Made by a program: the position numbers and the translations under genes
From: Eledone cirrhosa
Lineage: Eukaryota
Direction: 5' to 3'
Assembly: GCA_964016885.1 (NCBI GenBank)
Contig: OZ024740.1
Location: 173,910,001-173,974,000 of the forward strand
Length of the DNA: 64,000 bases
Shown: positions 40,667-55,300 of the stretch, piece after piece
How the letters are laid out: every line of letters starts with the position of its first letter
How positions within the stretch are numbered: position 1 is the first letter of the stretch
The notes under the pieces: model-generated
Database searches by the model: none
Seen by the model: only the letters and a program-made list of their open reading frames with translations
What the model was told of the DNA's origin: nothing

Positions 40667-42514
40667 CTACTGAGTCGCAGGTTTTATATCGGAGTTATCC
40701 CAGTTTCCTGAGTTGCCTTCTCCTAGGAGAATGCCCTGACAAAGGCTAGGGGTCTTTTACTCCCAGTGGTTTAACCGCGCGATCGAGTATCCAGCCCGAC
40801 TGTTTCTATGTCCCCGCACATATACATACACACGCACCCATGTATATACAGAGAGTGGGATTGGCTCAGTGCACAGTCTTTCCTCACTTTGAAAAATATC
40901 TTCACGCACAGGCATTGTACGATAGAATTAATTAATAAATTATTAATAATGGTATATCGTGCAATGGCCATACTCGATAACGAGGGGGCAGCCACCATCA
41001 TGTATGTATGTATGTCAGGTCACTCTTCAGCGCTACTGGTAGCATGTAACCCAGTACAACCTGTGCAAGGTCGGGTCGTCGGCAACTAAACCGGCAACCC
41101 CACCAATCGAGCTGGGTGAGGAGGGTGATTTTGGACACCCCATGGGACGAAAAAGGAAACCCGTCAAAGGGCGGAGGAGCTCAGGAGAGTCAACAGCCAT
41201 CCAATAAAGTATTTTTTTTTGTGGAACGAATGACTCCGAGTCTTTATTAAGACATCTCTCTAGGAGAAGGTCACTCTGATATAAAGCCTGCGACTTCGTT
41301 TGTATCAATGATGTAGACCAATTCTTTTTTTTGGGTAAATGTATTTCATGTTCAGAGAATGGGATTGGCTCCGTGCAAATCCTTTTCTCACTTAAAAAGG
41401 CTTCAAGCATAGGCATTACTGGTCATAGGCAAGCCCCTAGCAGAACTAAAAAGCCATGTCCGTGATGCTCATGCTTAAGTATTAAGCGATGGCATTACTT
41501 GAGATCGAGTTGCAGCTATCATGTATGTATGTATGTATGTATGTATGTATGTATGTATGTATGTATGTATGTATGTATGTATGTATGTATGTATGTATGT
41601 ATGTATGTCAGGTCACCAGTTGGTGCTACTGGTAACATGTATCCCAGTAAAACCTGTCCCATGGTCGGGTCGTTGGCGACTAAACTGGCAACCCCACCAA
41701 GGTTTCTTGGTGAAGAGGGTGACTTTGGACATCCTGAAGGACTAAAAACAAAACCTGTCAAAGGGCAAAGGAGCTCTTAAGAGTCAATGGCCATCCAAAA
41801 TCACTGGGAGAGATGACCCCTTAGCCTTTGTCAAGGCAGAATTCTAGGAGATGGAAAACTCTGATATAACATCTGCAACTCTGATGGTATCCAATGATGT
41901 TGACTTGTTCTTCTTTTTGGTAAATATTGTCTTGGTTAAGAGAGTGGGACTGGCTTTGTGCAGTGCCTTTGCTCACTATAAAAGCTTCAGGGCACAGGCA
42001 TTGCTTTGTATCTAAAGATCTCTCTGCACTTGTCGTCACATGGTACCATGGGCCCAGCACTAAGTGTCAATAATTGTCACAAGTGTAGTGTTTGTACCAG
42101 TTTTCAAGTCGCTGGCTGAACTAAAAAGTCACACTCGTTCAGCGCATCGGTAGGGGTTCTCCTACATGGATATAAAGTAGTGGCCGTACTCGAAAACGAG
42201 TTGGCAGCCTGTATGTATTTATATATGTTTATATCGGAGTTATCCCAGTTTCCTGAGTTATCTTCTCCTAGAAGAATGCCCTGACAAAGGCTCAGTAGAA
42301 CCGATGATGTTGATCTTTTCTTCTTTTCGGGTTATAGCTACTGTCGCTCAGAGAGTGGGATTGGCTCAGTGCACAGTCTTTCCTCACTTTAAAAAGAATC
42401 TTCACACACAGGCATTGCACGATAGAATTAATTAATAATTATTAATAATGTTATATCGTGCAATGGCCATACTCGATAAGGAAGGGGCAGCCATTATGTA
42501 TGTATGTATGTATG

Positions 42515-42548
<34 letters not shown>

Positions 42549-43660
42549 TGTATGTATGTATGTATGTATGTATGTATGTGTCTGTCAGGTCACCAGTTGG
42601 TGCTACTGGTAACATGTATTCCAGTACAACCTGTCCCATGCTCAGGTCGTTGGCGACTAAACTGGCAACCCCACCAAGGTTTCTTGGTGAGGAGGGTGAC
42701 TTTGGAGATCCTGCAGGACTAAAAACAAAACCTGTCAAAGGGCAAAGGAGCTCTTAAGAGTCAATGGCCATCCAAAATCACCGGGAGAGATGACCCCTTA
42801 GCCTTTGTCAAGGCAGAATTCTAGGAGAAGGAAAACTCTGAAGGAAAAAGTCGCTGGCTGGACTAAAAAGTCACACTCGTTCAGCGCATTGGTTGGGGTT
42901 CTCCTACATGGATATAAAGTAGTGGCCGTACTCGAAAACGAGTTGGCAGCCACCATGTATGTATGTATGTATGTATGTATGTATGTATGTATGTATGTAT
43001 GTATGTATGTATGTATGTATGTATGTCAGGTCACCAGTTGGTGCTACTGGTAACATGTATCCCAGTACAACCTGTCTCATGGTCGGGTCGTTGGCGACTA
43101 AACTGGCAACCCCACCAAGGTTTCTTGGTGAGGAGGGTGACTTTGGACATCCTGCAGGACTAAAAACAAAACCTGTCAAAGGGCAAGGGAGCTCTTAAGA
43201 GTCAATAGCCATCCAAAATCACCGGGAGAGATGACCCCTTAGCCTTTGTCAAGGCAGAATTCTAGGAGAAGGAAAACTCTGATATAACACCTGCAACCCT
43301 GATGGTATCCAATGATGTTGACTTGTTCTTCTTTTTGGTAAATATCATCTTGGTTAAGAGAGTGGGACTGGCTTTGTGCAGTGCCTTTGCTCACTATAAA
43401 AGCTTCACAGCACAGGCATTGCTTTATATCTGGAGATCTCTCTGCACTTGTCATCACATGGTACCATGGGCCCTGCACTATGTGTCAATAATGGTCACAA
43501 GTGTAGTCTTTGTACCAGAGTTTTCAAGTCGCTGGCTGGACTAAAAAGTCACATTCGTTCAGCGCATCGGTAGGGGTTCTCCTACATGGATATAAAGTAG
43601 TGGCCGTACTCGAAAACGAGTTGGCAGCCACCATGTATGTATGTATGTATGTATGTATAA
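40582..43660 (+). mobile_element. Head-to-tail stack of six RTE-derived non-autonomous elements separated by (TATG)n
   Basis: Units at ~40665-40999, 41014-41520, 41608-42210, 42226-42495, 42585-42955 and 43026-43633. They carry an RTE 5'UTR-like ctaggagaaggaaaactctga, a gagagtgggac/attggc middle segment, a C2H2 remnant CSLCTRVFKSLAGLKSHIRSAHR* (main family) and a ctcgaaaacgag hairpin followed by an (ATGT)n tail. Confidence 0.8.
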
Positions 43661-44339
43661 ATGCATGCATGCTCATGTATACTACAGAATATATAAATAG
43701 ATTTTAACCCACACAGTATTTTATAGACAAATATACTTTTGAACTCCAGATATATTTGGATAATGTGATAGTAAATGTATCTGGAGTTCAAATATATCTG
43801 AATGTATAGATATTTTGCAAGAATTTAAAAAAAAATTATTTTCTGTAAGCCCCATAAAGATTTAGCTACTCAGTTATTTATAAGAAAGACGTTTGTTCGA
43901 TAAACTAATGATTTAGAAAGACACATTCCATTAAGAAGGCAGATATTAGAATCGTTACAATTACATAGAAAAGACTTTTATGTTCGTACAGGAAATATTT
44001 CTGTTTATAGTGATTATGGAAGCAGCGAAGTTTTGGATGCAATTGAGGCTCACCTTAATGTTAATACTATTATCTGTCATGGTATCTATATCGTGTATGG
44101 GGAAATGTATATTTAGAAAAATAATAAAACATTGGAATCGACATTTAAAGGCGGAGTAAATACCGAGGCAATTTCAACTAAAAAGTAAAAAACCGATCTA
44201 GATTTAAATTCCAAAAATAAAAACATAAAGAAAAAGGAGGAAAACAAAAAGAAAAAAAAGATTTTACCTCAAATCGTAAATGCCCTGAACTTGATTTGAA
44301 ATGTTAAAAGTAAAGGCACCAAGTCGAATATTATACTAA

Positions 44340-44710
44340 CTCTACCGTACAATGACGGCATGACCATCTTCTCGTCTCGCGGTGATAAATCACTCATCTG
44401 AGATGTCACATGCAGCGAAACATTCTCCAGCGGCAACCTGGTCCAGTCTACGACTAACCTAGGTTCTGCTGCACTTCGGGCTGAGGAGGGTAAACTCTCC
44501 AAATATCGGTCGCTCTCCGACAGCTTTGCAGTCGAGCCCGTAGTATTGGAAACTTCTGGTGTCCTTGGCCCTAGGACCACCTCCCTACTCACCACCGTAG
44601 GCACAGAGTTGGCTAGCAGGTGTGAGCCTTGTGAGCTGGAATGGCTCTTCCAGTGCATCTCCCTCACCATCCTCAGGGGAAACGCCTTCTCTATTCTGTC
44701 TGCCGGGGCT
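44340..44710 (+). mobile_element. CRE-clade non-LTR remnant (restriction-like endonuclease C-terminus)
   Basis: DGMTIFSSRGDKSLI*DVTCSET...AEEGKLSKY...EPVVLETSGVLGP...LFQCISLTILRGNAFSIL. Confidence 0.7.
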
Positions 44711-45285
44711 GCCGGGCGGCCAGTGTGTGGGACCCCATTTGCTCATAATAGTGAGAGATGGGGAGGGTGGGAGAGACGAGGCGATGACAGTGAAAGTGTG
44801 TAATTTTATGACTTTATACTTCTTACGATCTCATTGTAGTAAGACGACTTCTTTTGCAACAACAAAAAGAAAATAAACAAACAAAAGAACAAACAGCTAT
44901 CTTCTATTCAACACGAATTCGCACCAACCTATAACCTGGTTAACTTTACTTGACTCTATTCATTATCACAAGTGTTGGAAACTTCATATCATGACGCTAG
45001 TTTAGCATTGAAAACCTACTTGTAGCACACTAATCTGTCATTCCTACGTCCACATAATGGCTATTTAACATTAGACATTGAACGTAACTTCACTGTCAAT
45101 TGGTTGTTCAACGAGACTATAAGTCTTTTTAAATCCTTTAAATATGTTTTAGAGTCATATCGATTTTCTTTTGATGGCAGGAACGTGGATGCTATTTTTA
45201 GGACATTGTACAGTGTTTGCAAATATAATTTAGCTATTTATAATCGAAGAACGAACAAAGAATAGTGTCAATATTACAGTGTTTT

Positions 45286-45365
<80 letters not shown>

Positions 45366-45367
<2 letters not shown>

Positions 45368-45586
45368 ATGGTTTCTTATATAGGCACAAGGCCAGTAATT
45401 TTGGGGGAGGGGAAAGTCGATTAAATCGACCCCAGTGCGTGACTGGTACTTTATTTTATCGACCCCATAAGGATGAAAGGCAAAGTTAACCTCGGCGGGA
45501 TTTGAGCTCAGATCATAAAGAGCCGTAACTCTATGCTGCAAAGCATGGCGTCCGACCCTCTACCGATACTGCCAATCCACCGCCCT
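45366..45586 (-). mobile_element. SINE, full length, longer subfamily, adjacent to (CA)n
   Basis: Contains an extra ctggggtcgatttaatcgac segment relative to the other copies. Confidence 0.88.
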
Positions 45587-45785
45587 GCACACACACACAT
45601 ATATAATGAGAAGTGAAATATCAGCCCAACAAACTATTCTTATAACACATGTTTCACTCACAAAGGTGACTCAAAACCATTGATAATTACATATGTAATG
45701 TTGCTGTTCAACTCCAGGATTACGCCCTCTTCAAACGTGTATAAACAATGAGCTCAAAGCACTCATAGGTGTGTGTTGAGCTCTC

Positions 45786-47280
<1,495 letters not shown>

Positions 47281-47305
47281 TACACACACACACACGCATA
47301 CACAC

Positions 47306-47341
<36 letters not shown>

Positions 47342-47355
47342 GCGCACATATATAA

Positions 47356-47400
<45 letters not shown>

Positions 47401-47999
47401 CGACGAAACTACCGTTAGTAATTTCTCCGCTTCCCCAGATTAAGAACTCAATATATCTAACATTTTCTCATAGAAACGAGGGACAAAGGAAGGAAAAGTG
47501 GTTAATTTCTTCTTATTTTGTCTGTGTCCTTGAAGATATAGTCAACATTTAATAATTAAATACGTAAGTACCGAGTATCGTCATCATAACAACAATAATA
47601 TATGAACATTTATTTAATTATTGCATTCTATGCGTGTTTCAATCGGTACACTTTTACTCAACTATATTACATAATTTTTATATATAAGCGAACGGGTTTG
47701 TGAACTAATTAAGTGAGAGTTGACGAAGACGATCGCAGTCAACCAGTAGTGTGTCTATTTTAAGAGAGCTGTTGGAAAAGAATCGATAGGGTTTAGCAAA
47801 GAACGATATTTTAAAGGGAAAGCTAGTCAGAAAATTAGAAGAGGCGATTAGAAAGAGCATCAGGAGAGAGGTGCTAGATGCACTTGACTATAAATTTGAC
47901 AGGAAACACGGAAGTTGTATTGCCAGAATTAAGACGTGTGTTCTTAGTCATAAATGTGCGAAAGGCGTATGCTGAGCCCGGCCGATTGAGGCAAGATGT

Positions 48000-48370
48000 A
48001 GAAACAAAACCACAGCTAGGTATTTGACCGATCACATCGAGAGGTAAGCTGCTTCTAAACGATGTCGAACTGGCTCATTTAATGAACACAGTATTCCTCA
48101 ACATATTCCAGTTTCTTGCCTGTAAGAGAGCTATCTTGTTTTCTCTGCATTCTATACCGATATCCTACGTCCAGTCCTTCGTTACCAGAACGGTAGTCCT
48201 CTGGAATCTATACCCACATCCTGATTCTCTTGCAGCCGTTGACATGCAACTATTCAGGGGGAACAGTAACCCTGTTGATCTCACTGGTCTTGGGAGGGCT
48301 TGAAAAAAATCACAAGCCCAGCTTCTTTCCTCAACTCAAACCAGACTAAATCTCTAAAGAAAAAACCCCA
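48000..48370 (+). mobile_element. Old CR1/L2/Jockey-group LINE 3' remnant
   Basis: SFVTRTVVLWNLYP...DMQLFRGN resembles the SFFPRTxxLWNxLP C-terminal motif. Confidence 0.45.
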
Positions 48371-49006
48371 GAAAGTAACAAGAAATGAACACTAATAATT
48401 TTGTTTGCGTTTGATATCCTATCATCTCAGCTATAAACGATCTCACGAACAAAAGTATATCCCCGACTTCCAAATACTGAAACAGAATATTTCAGACACG
48501 TTGAGAAACAATTAAGACTAGCATACGTGTAGACACGTGCATGCACCATATGTAGACACATACTTAACATGTAGATACATGCATGATACAAATCATTAAC
48601 TATACACACCATTATCGCCATCAGTTAACGATAATGTTATTAATATCAATAACTAATGTTTCAGTGAGCTACACAAACCAGTGCATAGTTTATATGATGT
48701 CCTTTATGATAAGTATTACCACTATATTTAGAACATGTCATGCCTTGCGGCATTGTGCATTTGTAATGTTGGTACTGATCGATAGTACATGCCACGATGT
48801 CTTTTATGGTACGGCACACTATATTTCGTGAAAAAAGCTATGAGTTGTAGGTGTACACACACACACGTACGCGCGCACAGAAATATATACAAATAGCATA
48901 GCATACTCCACTTGATCAAATAAGCTTGTGCATGCACACATACGCACATGTGTGTATGTTCTGGTTTTATAATTTATAAATGTTTAACAATAGAGAGAGA
49001 GAGAGA

Positions 49007-49071
<65 letters not shown>

Positions 49072-49631
49072 GGTTTCTAACATAGATACAAGATTCTCTC
49101 ATTGGAATTTACACAACATCAACTAGGTAGATATGTATGCATGTCTGCATGCATGTGTGCAGGCATGGATGTTATTGTATGTGTGGATGTGGTTCTTTTG
49201 AGTTATATGCATGTATGTGCTTTGTATCTGTACATGTGTACATGCAGTTATTAGATGCAGAATTTTAGGAATGTTTTACATATTTTTACTGTTCCATTAA
49301 TGGATTGTACTTGTAATGTCCTAACTAGTCGTGTTCTTTCTGTTTCTGTAAAGCCCAGCTTCTCAAGATTTGTACGGGGGCAGTTACTAACATAGTCCAA
49401 ATAATCACAGGTATGAATCTGAAGGTATAGTCAGTGTGGAGTATCTATAGTGAGGGTGGAGTATCTGCAGATTTCTCATTAGTTCTGCATAGATATTCTC
49501 CTTTTCACTAATCTTTAATATATTGGCATCTGCTGGGCAGCTAACCTCCACTACTGTGCATGCCTTCTTTTCCCTGTCCCATATCATTATATCTGGTCTG
49601 TTATGCTTGCATTTTATTGGGGGTTTCATAA

Positions 49632-49813
49632 AGGCTGTGAATTGGATGTATCAGTGGAGGGCATGCTTTCTAGCATAGTTACGTCCCTTTACGGTCTGAG
49701 TTCAATTCCCACTGAGGTTAACTTTGCCTTTCATCCTTACGGGGTCGATAAAATAAAGTACCAGTAATGCACTGGGGTAATTACTGGCCTTGTCCCAAAA
49801 GTAGAAACAATTA
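49632..49813 (+). mobile_element. SINE inserted in an R4 endonuclease region
   Basis: Flanked by a tattgggggttt direct repeat (TSD). Confidence 0.85.
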
Positions 49814-51879
49814 TATTGGGGGTTTTACTGGAACATTCCACCAGTACTCTTTCATATTATGTATGTATGTATGTATGTATGTATGTATGTATGTATGTAT
49901 GTATGTTCTGGTTTTATAATTTCACAAATTTTTGCCAATAGAGAGAGAGCCGGTTTCTTACATAGATACAAGACTTTCTCATTGGAATTTACACATCAAC
50001 AAGGTAGATATGTATGCATGTCTGCATGCATGTGTAGGTATGGATTGTATATATTGGATGTGTATGATTTGAGTTATATGTGTGCATGTGCATATGCTTT
50101 GTTTCTGTACATGTGTATATGCAGTTATTACATGCAGAATTTTTGGAAGGTTTTACATATTTTTACTGTTCCATTAATGGAGTGTACTTGTAATTTCCTA
50201 ACTAGTTGTGTTCTTTCTATTTCTGTGAAGCCCATCTTCTCAAGATTTGTATTGAGGCAGTTACTAACAAATCTCAGTACCCCAATAATCACAGGTATAA
50301 ATCTGAAGGTATAGTCAGGGTGGAGTATCTATAGATTTCTTATTAACTCAGCATACATATTCTCCTTTTCGCTAATCTTTGATATTATATTGGCAACTGC
50401 TGGGCAGCTAACTTCCACCACAGTGCATGCCTTCTTTTCCCTGTCCCATATCATTATATCTGGTCTGTTATGCTTGCATTTTATTGGGGGTTTTGATTGG
50501 AACATTCCACCATCTACGGATTGCATTGTACAGTGTTTCGGCCACTACATTATGCCTCATAGGTAGATAGTACAGCAATGACATCTTTGGACAGCTGCTT
50601 ATGACATGGGTGACATCTTCGATGTTAATTCTGCAGAGTCTGCACTTGTTGTCACATCTAGGTGTTTTGCTTGCATCCCTATCTCTTTTGTGAATCAGGT
50701 ATTATCTGTTCTTGGATTTCAAAAGCGTATCCTTCAAAGTGGGAGCCAATATAGCGGTTGTTGGTCCAAGATAGACTACTTTGTTTATCTATATTACTCT
50801 CAGTCTGGAGCTTCCTGACAACATATGCATGCATGATTTTTTGCTGGTAAGCATGCAGTTTTTCATCCATGGATTCACTGCGGGTCTGTTGGGCAACTTC
50901 CCTGGGTGTGAGTTTTTGATTATCATGCAGGGAATATCTTTCAAGGAGTTCTTACCCAATTCTCATGATCTTATCTGTCTCATGCAGATAGACTTGCTCA
51001 ATAGATGGGCTCCTACGCTTCGAGGTTCGTAAACGTTGTCGGAGGGATATGATGCAGTATGCAAATGCTGTCTGGACCGATGTTAGGCCTCTGCCTCCCT
51101 GCTTACGCTTCAAGTAGAGTCGATCTATATCACTGTTGATGTGGAAGTTTCCGGTGTTGTTTAGTATTTTTTGATTTCTCACATTAATTGCTCGTATGTA
51201 TGTATGTTATCTCTTTCTCTTAATTTCGAGTATATTATTTTTAACCGGCCACCTTCCTGGTGGCAAGGTTGTAAAAGAAAAGAAATTGTCATCCATTGAA
51301 TCGCAGCCATTTGTAGACTATAAATTAGGGAGCTGCGCTCTTTGTCCGCAAATCAATCCAAGTTCAGTCATACTTTGGTCCAAGCGGCTTGGTATATAAC
51401 CCGTAGCTCCATGTATGTATGTTCTTCTGGTTTTATAATTTCACAAAGTTTTACCAATAGAGAGAGAGAGTCGGTTTCTAACATAGACACAAGACTCTCT
51501 CATTGGAATTTACACAACATCAACTAGGTAGATATGTATGTATGCATGCATGTGTAGATATGGATGTTATCGTATGTGTGGATGTGTATGTTTTGAGTTG
51601 TATGTGTGCATGTGTATATGCTTTGTATCTGTACATGTGTACATGCAGTTATTAGATGCAGATTTTTTGGAATGTTTTACATATTTTCACTGTTCCATTA
51701 ATGGATTGTACTTGTAATTTCCTAACTAGTTGTGTTCTTTCTGTTCCTGTGAAGCCTAGCTTCTCAAGATTTGTATTGAGGCAGTTACTATATGTATGTT
51801 ATCTCTTTCTCTTAATTTCGAGTATATTCTTTTGACCGGCCACCTTCCTGGTGGCAAGGTTGTAAAAGAAAAGAAATTG

Positions 51880-53383
51880 TCATCCCTTGAATCGCAAGAA
51901 TGTTTTGCAAATTTTGAAGATGCCAGCTATCGCAGCCATTTGTAGACTATGAATTAGGGAGCTGCGCTCTTTGTCCGCAAATCCAAGTTCAGTCATACTT
52001 TGGTTCAAACGGGTTGGTATATAACCCGTAGCTCCAATAATGATGGGTATGAAGCTAAAGATGTATCTTGGATACTGAATTTGTAAACTCCTCATCAATG
52101 GTCCGTAGATGTCCTCCTTCTCCTGTATTTTTCTGACAACGTTTACATCAAGTGGGCAGCTTATCTCCACAACAGAACACGTTTTCAATGTGTGGTCCCA
52201 AACAACAATATCAGGCCGGTTGTGCTTTAATTTTGTGGCAGTTTTTATTTTCAGGTTCCACCAGTATTCCTTAGTGCCATCTGTCTCAATATATTCTTCC
52301 TCGTTTGTTGTTAATTTTGTTTTCCGAAGTGCGTTCCAGATGGTTCTAGCTATCCCATCGTGTCTCATGGGGAGGTAGTAGCGAGATGACATTCTTTCGC
52401 AGCTGGCAACAATGTGGCTTACATCCTCGATCTTTGTTTTACATAGCCTACATTTATTGTCAGCTGATGGCCCTCCGCTTTTGTGCAGCAGATATTTGGT
52501 AGGGAGTTCTTGTTCCTGTATTGCATAGAGATATCCCTCAAGGTGTGATGTCATAGACTTGTCGGAACTCCATGCCAGGCTTTTTGAGTGGTTTATCCCC
52601 TCTATGGTCTGTGTTTTACGTCTCAAGTATCCATGCACAACCTTTTCTGTAAATTGGTCAATTTTTTCATCTTGTTTGAATAGGATCTTCCGATTTCTCT
52701 GGGTGAGAGATTTATATCAGGCTTTATTCCATATCTCTCCTCCAGATCAGTGGCTATTCTAATGATATATTTTTTTCATGCTCATAAACCTGGGCAAGAT
52801 GGTTGCCAACCTTTTTCCTCTGTTGAAGGTGTTGCTTCAGTGTTACTATCCGGGTCTCATATGATGTTAATATGGATTTTAGACCCCGGCCACCTTCCTT
52901 GCGTGAGAAGTATAGCCTATCCACATCACCATTGATGTTAAAGTTCCCAGTAACACTGAGAAGTTTGCGAGTTCTAACATCCATCTCACTTAGTTCTTGC
53001 AATGACCAGTTCAGAAGGCCAAATGTTGGCGTTAGAATTGGCACAGCATAAGTATTGTGGGCAATGTATTTGTTGTACGCTGACAGTTCTGATGACCATA
53101 TTTTCTTTACTCTTCTGAGGTATTCAGTTCTGGTTCTCTCCTTATTTATGGGTCCATCATATCTGACATTCTCATCCTGTCCAAGATATCTGTAGTTGTC
53201 ACCTGGCTGTAGAGGTTGTATTGTCAGGCCGTTCATCTCTAGATTTCTAGAGGGCACATCTCTTCCACGTTTTACTGCCAAATATGCACACTTGGACTCA
53301 CCAAATTTCATTTTGATGTCTGTTGAAAATTGTGTAATGAGGTCCAATTGTTTCTTGATGTTATTGATATTTGGCCCATACAA
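51880..53383 (-). pseudogene. R4-type RT C-terminal part, CCHC knuckle and PD-(D/E)XK endonuclease
   Basis: ORFs 52754-53653 (genuine part below 53383) and 51880-52638, separated by a frameshift. Confidence 0.85.
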
Positions 53384-53499
53384 CTTGTATGGGCCAAATA
53401 TCAATTGTATGTATGTATGTATGTATGTATGTATGTATGTATGTATGTATGTATGTATGTATGTATGTATGTATGTATGTATGTATGTATGTATGTATG

Positions 53500-54101
53500 T
53501 CAGGTCACCAGTTGGTGCTACTGGTAACATGTATCCAAGTACAACCTGTCTCATGGTCGGGTCGTTGGCGACTAAACTGGCAACCCCACCAAGGTTTCTT
53601 GGTGAGGAGGATGACTTTGGATATCCTGCAGGACTAAAAACAATACCTGTCAAAGGGCAAAGGAGCTCTTAAGAGTCAATGGCCATCCAAAATCACTGGG
53701 AGAGATGACCCCTTAGCCTTTGTCAAGGCAGAATTCTAGGAGAAGGAAAACTCTGATATAACACCTGCAACCCTGATGGTATCCAATGATGTTGACTTGT
53801 TCTTTTTGGTAAATATCATCTTGGTTAAGAGAGTGGGACTGGCTTTGTGCAGTGCCTTTGCTCACTATAAAAGCTTCACGGCACAGGCATTGCTTTATAT
53901 CTGGAGATCTCTCTGCACTTGTTGTTACATGGTACCATGGGCCTAGCACTATGTGTCAATAATTGTCACAAGTGTAGTTTGTACCAGAGTTTTCAAGTCG
54001 CTGGCTGGACTAAAAAGTCACACTCGTTCAGCGCATCGGTAGGGTTTCTCCTATATGGATATAAAGTAGTGGCCGTACTCGAAAACGAGTTGGCAGCCAC
54101 C
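53500..54101 (+). mobile_element. RTE-derived non-autonomous element flanked on both sides by (TATG)n
   Basis: Nearly identical to 43026-43633. Confidence 0.88.
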
Positions 54102-54224
54102 ATGTATGTATGTATGTATGTATGTATGTATGTATGTATGTATGTATGTATGTATGTATGTATGTATGTATGTATGTATGTAGGTAGGTAGGAAAGTATG
54201 TATGTATATATATGTATGTATGTA

Positions 54225-55300
54225 TTTGTGTACGCATGGTGTTTATGGTTGTTATCGAACAAGAGCACTAACCAGGATCTGTCTTCATGTGGGAAAGCGG
54301 ATAACTCGATTTCCTGAGCCATCTTCTCACGGTGACTGGTTTTTGCTCAATAAACACTTGAGGGTTATGACCAAGACACTTGTGATGTAAGAAGTATTTG
54401 CTTGTGATTCCGATAGTTTCTCCCCTTCCCACGTGGCAGCAAGAGTGGCATAGAAAGTCTGCTCTATTCACGGTGATTTTTGGCGTGGTGCTGACTTGAA
54501 GATTTCATCATCATAGCTGAGCTATTTTCTTGTGTATCTTCTTGACTTCTTCATCCTACTTTCTTTCTTATTTTCATATGAATCTGCTTTTCTTTCTTAT
54601 TGGCTCGCACATGTTCTGCATCAACATCAACCATGAATGAAGACCTCCGGTTATCCTGCTGTGTCTCAAGGAAAGCTGATGGGACAAACTTTCATTGGAG
54701 AACGTTCTGGCTTGTAATGTCAAAAATGTTCTCAAGATCATCTCTCCAAATTTCACTCTTTGCAATGGCTTTGTCAGTTATACTTGATTCTTCTGTTTTC
54801 AGTCATTGATACTTCTATACAGATGTTTTTTTTCTGTTTTTGATAGGGTTATTTGCTTTTCCGCACAATTACTAGATCTTCTACTTAGTGTTTTTACAGC
54901 AACTGAAAGGAAGGGAGTCGAGTTTGAGGTAACTGCCACTGGTGTTTTTTTCTCAAGCAGCCAAATGGCCTTTCTGTTTTCCATTTTCTTATTCACTGTG
55001 AAAGATGAAAATCAAAATCAACCAATCAGTCTTATTTTAAGGGGTCTTTGGGTTTTTACATTTCTGGAACCCACATAGGCTATGGAAAGCAACAGAAAAG
55101 AAATTTCCTAACTTTATAACATCGGATGGAACTTGACGAAAACCAGCGTGTTTACTACTGGCTAACAAAACCAGCACTGAACCTTGTATTAGAACCTCAG
55201 TGTTAACTCATTATCTTGTTGAATTATTAAAACAAATATCGAAAAGCTCACCTCATCAACGTGATACCAAATCCTTCTTTGTACGAACAGTGAAAATATA
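54225..55300 (-). mobile_element. Decayed 5' portion of an R4-like element
   Basis: KSEIWRDDLENIF / EWRIKAE-like N-terminal region and early RT motifs, interrupted at (CATA)n. Confidence 0.55.

Larger units (their letters stand above)
48955..53405 (-). mobile_element. Tandem stack of five 5'-truncated R4/Dong-like retrotransposons (two families), each ending at (CATA)n
   Basis: Family A: 48959-49858, 49906-51194, 51422-51790 (end aaaaccagaa-cata). Family B: 51207-51410, 51799-53405 (end gagaaagagataa-cata). Motifs CRLCKTKIEDVSHIVASC, KHNRPDIVVWD...VVEISCP and MKFGESKCA. Confidence 0.85.

Noticed and set aside
40582-43660. CRISPR-like repeat/spacer appearance
   Set aside because: Eukaryotic DNA; the repeats are variable-length microsatellites and the spacers are homologous TE copies.
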